From Takakia lepidozioides (taxonomy: Eukaryota > Plantae > Bryophyta), in assembly GCA_030704615.1 (NCBI GenBank), contig CM060733.1:36084001-36148000 (forward strand): a stretch of DNA of 64,000 nucleotides, written 5' to 3'. Position 1 is the stretch's first letter, and every line of letters begins with the position of its first letter. Below, one piece after another: positions 58,798 to 64,000 of the stretch. The translations under genes and the position numbers were made by a program. The notes beneath the pieces were generated by a model. The model was given only the letters and a program-made list of their open reading frames with translations, was not told the DNA's origin and did no database searches.

Positions 58798-59481
58798 ATG
58801 TAGTCTTGCGCTGGACATTCCATATAAGCACACATCCAGTTCAAAAAAAAATTGAATCGAAAAAGTATCAAACTCAGGAAGCGAAGTCTTTGAGGGTCTG
58901 AGGCTGACTCTCTACCAACAAGTACTTGGCCATGTGGTTGCAATCAGTAAATACAGGAAACCTCGGTGATAGGATGAAGACTGGCATAGGCAAGTGAGAA
59001 AAAACCAACATACAATCCAATCAAGATTGCTTGCATAACACACCTTGAGTAGGCAAGGATGATTCGTCCATAAAATCAATTTGCAATCCTTTAGTACAGA
59101 GAGAAACTCCACTTTCGAAGTCAAGTATCAAAACAATGTTGTTCTTTAGTTTCCTTCCTTTGCACTTCTCCATTTCTAGCACGAAATGACGTGCTCCCAC
59201 CCTCCACAAACCTCCATAGCCCTTGGAGCAAGTTTGAGAAGGACACTTCCAAACTACGATTTGGGGGTAAGGCAAGCCCTAGGGGCAGTGTATGGTTAGG
59301 TGACGAGAAGCAGCAAGGTAGCTCATTCAGGGTGTTGGAAAAATCTGGGCACCTATTCACGGAACCTCAAAAGGGCATAAGGTGCTTTTCCCAACTGTCT
59401 GTTCCCTGAGAATTCAACCAAGTGACCCCTGGTAGCCTAGAACATTTCAGCCTCTTTCCTACTGGTGGACAGTCTATTGCT

Positions 59482-62400
59482 TTAACTTTCTGTGAGCACA
59501 TCCAGTGTCGGTGGCAATATGTCAAGAATTTTTGGCCTTTTCTCCCCTTGTCGGGCTTCCTCTTCCTCAAACTTCCTTTTCGTGCCTCCAGGTTTCTCCT
59601 CAGTGACCATGACCAGATCATCATCATCCCCATCTCCATTATTGACCTTGTCAGAGGAGGCCTGATATGAAGGAGTGCCTGGTTGCAAAACTTCCGCAGA
59701 AGAGCTGGAAGGAAGTTCTCCTGTGATGAGCATCCCGTCGGGTTCCTTTTCTTCGTCAAATGACTCTCTGAGAGAAAGGAGCAAACAAACCATCCATCCA
59801 TCCTATGTCAAAACTCCATGATTGTTTCAACCCAATCATGACAAGGTTCTCGAGAATGAACAAGTGAGCGCCGCTTAACTGACGGCTGTTGTGAAAAGAC
59901 CATAGACTTAGAATACAGTTTGACAGTTAAGAGTCTCCTTATCACAAATTTTGACTAATCACCATCTCAACACACCTGTGCTTCACATGAAGGCTGCACC
60001 GAAATTCCTGTTGCGAGTCCTCCACAAGCAGAACCACACCACTTGTGATAGGCGTGGGAAATGAGTCCAGACTCTGATCCAAGCCATCAGCGCACTGTTA
60101 TGTACTGCGGCAAATAATGCAGCTTTGGTCCCATGGACTCTGTTATTCAAACAATCGGTGCATGATAGAATAGTCCCAAGTTTACAGACCTTGTCAAGGA
60201 TGGAGGCATAGTGAGCAGCCATGTCTTCCTCTAAGTCATCGCCAGTCTCATACAGAAGAGTGGAACCCTGCATAATCAGGGGAGAGTTCACACCCAGCTT
60301 GCGCTTCACTGCCTTCTCAATAATATCCCGCATTGTCGCTGTTGTAGTGTTCACCTCCAATACCAGTGGTGTCTGTCCTCCAAAGCCCCACACACCTAGA
60401 CCTTTGAGTCCACTTACTAAAGCTAGTGGCAAAAATTCATCACACCATCGTGGGCAGAACAAATGCAAAATACCTCAGAGCACACATAGCAGCGCGGGTT
60501 AGGTTCAGCTGGCTCTACTGGCACCAATAGCATCTTCCTGGTGGGATGTTCAACGCAATATGTCATCCTGTGCCCCACAGAGCCACAACACATGACATCT
60601 TCATCTTTAGCAACCAACTCAGCTGAAAATAAAATATTTGCATGTTGTACACATGGCGGTCCCCCAGGCTCCCCTACCTACATGCCACAGTAACATACAA
60701 TTTAAAATATAAAATGTACTCAGATGAACTAACTGGAATTTAATTGCTGTAGCCTTGTGGCCAAAGACTCTGCCCAGTTTGGACACTGTAGAAAGGAACA
60801 GGAAGCTGGGGTAGGGGAAATTGAGTCTCGTTTTCAGAATCTCTCGAGACATCACTTTCAACACATAGCACGTGTCCACTCTGGAGCACTTGAAGGCATT
60901 GTGTTGAAGTTTTCCAGGAGTTTGAACTGCCTCCCAATTAAGTTCAGCCCCTCCCCAAACCCTTTGTCTGTACCAAGCTTTCCCCACAAGGGAATTGAAA
61001 CCCCCATTGAGGTTACTTGAGATCAAGAGAGCTCACCTCCTCATAAGCCTTGTCAGTTCACTATACATGGGTATACCCACAAGCAGGTCTTACTCCATGA
61101 GCCCTTTCAATTTAAGCACAACCCGATCTCGCGGGCAAGATCAGGAGCTCACCAATGTGATCCATCACAAAAATGATACCTAATTTTGACCTATCCTACT
61201 CCCTTTAGCCTCCTCATTTCACAGATCTTCTGACACCATTTTCAGCCCACAGACTCCCCACAGACTCATCCAAAATATTCCATGTCTCTTGCCATATGGT
61301 GGATAAAGTCAGGGCGCACCTCAATCTGTTTCCTCGAGCTCGTCAGACCATTGAAGCTAAAGGCATTGAGATGAGTCCCTGTTGGGGAGAAACTTCATGG
61401 CTAGATGGTTTCTTGCCAGCAACATCACCTTTTATACCAAGCAATGTCCTGGAGAGCAAAAGAGTTTTTGAATACTCGACATCAAACGTGTTTGCAGTAT
61501 GCATAGCACCCAGAGAGAGAGAGAGAGAGGACCCACCGGCACTGCTGGACTTGTTTCGTAAGAAGCTTAACAGCCTCAAGCACAATAAGGCCAGCAATTA
61601 TTGCATTGGTGGTGGCAATGGCATGCACAATGTTGCCAGCCATGCCCTTAATCTCAAATAAGCTGTGTGCTGCTATCCCAAATGACTGCGCCCGAAGGTT
61701 GGCAGCTGCTGTCACAAACTCCACTGCCAGCTGGTCATCCTTGTCGAAAGTAAGCTTCCCAATATCCTTCACACCCAAAGTGGAGATCATCATCATCATA
61801 AATTGTGCTAATGCACTCCGGAATGAATTCAGTCACTCACCCACAACTAGATTTGTGAGTATGTCAAACAGTGCCAGATTTCTCACCTTACTCCTCTGCT
61901 GAAGAAAAAGTTTCACTGATTCCAGAAATACTCTAGAATTATCCTTCAAACTCCAGGTTTCTTGGGGATCCTTCAATCCCAAAGATGCCATAGCAGACAC
62001 TGTGGGATGCTCAGAACCAACCGCGCCGTTTCCATCTATCACCTGCTTTTCATATGACAGAATCTCGTCAAGGTACAGAGGACAGGGCTTTGTTCTCCCT
62101 TTCCAGGCCTCCTCATTTTGAAGAGACGTTTCAATGTTGAGACGAAAAATGCGGTCAAACACTCTTCCTGCAAAAGCCCGACTGCTCTCTCCATCCTTCA
62201 CTTCAAAGGCTTGTGCATCATTGTTGGCCTCAGGGGGGACGATTCCACCATCAGCAGTGGAAGTCCGCACATCCAAATCATTGGCCTGGCTTCGGTCTCC
62301 AAACAGCTTTGCAAATGCTAGCTCTTTTGCCCAGACTATGCAATGGATTGGCTGCCACACAAAAGCACAATAAACACAAATAGAGAGATTCAGTGACTAT

Positions 62401-63340
62401 ATGTCAGAATGATAGTACAAGGTGGATTGGTGCAGCACTTGCGAACTTGCTCTAAACATTATCACTAGGAAGGAACTAGTGGGATGCAAGCAGGGGACTC
62501 TGCTTGTATTCAATTTCAGCTTCTTCATCAATCTACTCACATACACCTCCATACAAACAGATGCACTACTCCGGCATATCTCTCCTCAGAGCCTTTTGTC
62601 CAGAAAGATTCTTTTGAGCATATGAATATGTACAGGAATGATAGAGAGTACCTTAGAAGGGGTGCTAGTGATGGTACAGACAGGATACGTTTTAGGTGCA
62701 GGCTTAGGTTGACATTCATAGCACTCCGTGTGCCCCTTGACATGCACTGTCACCTGCAAGGTAAGAAAAATATGAATTGAGTGCACTTGCACTGAAGCTC
62801 CTTGAATTAAGATGCTGGAGCGAGGGCCAATCTAGCGACACTGGCATAAAGTTTATACCTGACCAAGGTAGCCAGTTGTGCCACTTTCCACCAACGGCTT
62901 TCCAGCAGCCAAGCACATGCGGTTGACATGTCGGCGTGCATCCAGGTTGTCAAGGCCATTAAGTATCACACTGAACTGTTTGAAAAAGTCGATGTCGAAC
63001 TCAGGGCTCTTCACATTGCCATGGTGTGCCACTATGTCCACTCCCGGCCTAATCTTGAGAACTGCCTCACGAGCCACCTGGTGCCACAAACCTGAATAAG
63101 GGACCCTGCATAAGGACACCTGCCTAGACACCTCCCAAACATGGGTGAATCTCAAACAATCAAAGAACACTTCTAATATCCGAAATGAAACTGAAGAAAA
63201 AAGCTCGCTCTTTTCCACCATAATATGCACCATCCAGATGTTTGAGTATCTCATACCTTGGCTTTGGACTGCCCCACATGACGCTTGCGGAACAGGAACT
63301 GTCTGTTAAGGTTGCTTACTTCTATGGTGTCCATGTCAAT
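59482..63340 (-). CDS. SAE2: SUMO-activating enzyme subunit 2 (UBA2), spliced; 5' exons not found in the window
   Basis: [64 protein letters not shown] (catalytic Cys), [34 protein letters not shown]; stop at 59482. Confidence 0.93.
60713..60786 (-). repeat. Short copy of the dispersed LINE 3' tail in an SAE2 intron
   Basis: aatgtactca...taattgctgtagccttgtggccaaagactctgcccagtttgg matches 1851-1902. Confidence 0.65.
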
Positions 63341-64000
63341 CTGCAAACACATCACCAAGGCAGAACCCACTTAGAGAGATATAGACAGAAAGATGGGGAG
63401 GGGGCATGAGCCTCAACGCAATATTCTCAAGTCATATATCACAACAGGAGAAAACGCACAAAGCATTTGATTTTGGTGGAATGCTTTGAAATACCCGACA
63501 AGGTAGTAAACCGACTCTTTGACACGGCGGTACCACAACCATCCAACATTTACAAGGTCACAAAAACTTTGGAGGCTCCATCGACCCACATTAAAACCTG
63601 CAAAGTTTGCTATTATTTGGCAATATCACATAAAGGACATAAAAAGGGAGGCAATATAAGCAAAACAATCCCCCACCCTTCCATTTGGAAAGAAGAAACA
63701 AGTGAAACAAAGCCACTGGCTTCCTCCTCAGGTTACTGGTTTGGAGAACTCCCCCAACTAGTGGTGGTATACAATGGTTTGGTGCACACCGACTTGTTAG
63801 AATCGACAAATATTCAGTCTGCCCTTTAGCAGTAGGGCTGGAAGCGACATCTGCTTGTGCCTCTGCATTTAGCTTGTCAAAGATCTCCGGAAGTCCCACA
63901 AAGTAAACCCTTACAGCTAAACTGTGTCCAGTCTCATCCAAGCGCACCTTCTGTTTTTTTGAGGAGCACGCATTCCCCCATCTAATGCTATTCACAATTC

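Noticed and set aside
63591-63995. 134-aa minus-strand ORF upstream of the SAE2 exons
   Set aside because: Lacks the expected SAE2 N-terminal GAGGIG motif and any domain I recognise; probably intronic.

Overview
Eukaryotic nuclear DNA from a land plant, most likely a non-seed plant (bryophyte/hornwort-like; this is an inference from compact spliced genes, a PLS-class PPR remnant and the TE families present). Host genes in order: RFC4 (-, runs off the left end), a GT61 glycosyltransferase (+), an ABCC/MRP transporter (-), an intronless TBC Rab-GAP (+), organellar DNA gyrase B (+), an intronless MATE transporter (+) and SUMO E1 subunit SAE2 (-, runs off the right end). Between GT61 and ABCC is a ~15.5-kb nested transposon island (about 8.3-23.85 kb). 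The most notable element is a decayed Ty3/gypsy LTR retrotransposon whose pol carries a C5 cytosine DNA methyltransferase domain (motifs I, II, IV, VI, VIII, IX and X recognisable) between protease and RT, and a PHD finger after the integrase: a chromatin writer and reader inside one retrotransposon. The island also holds a piggyBac remnant, a foldback repeat of GGGTTAC units and a Helitron-like PIF1 helicase followed by a Ulp1-like protease. Elsewhere there is an RLE-type non-LTR retrotransposon flanked by (AT)n, a hAT-like element with 8-bp TSD, dispersed LINE 3' ends, a stray copy of the GT61 3' end and a PPR remnant inside the last gyrB intron. All calls come from reading motifs by eye; no searches were run, and TE boundaries are approximate.
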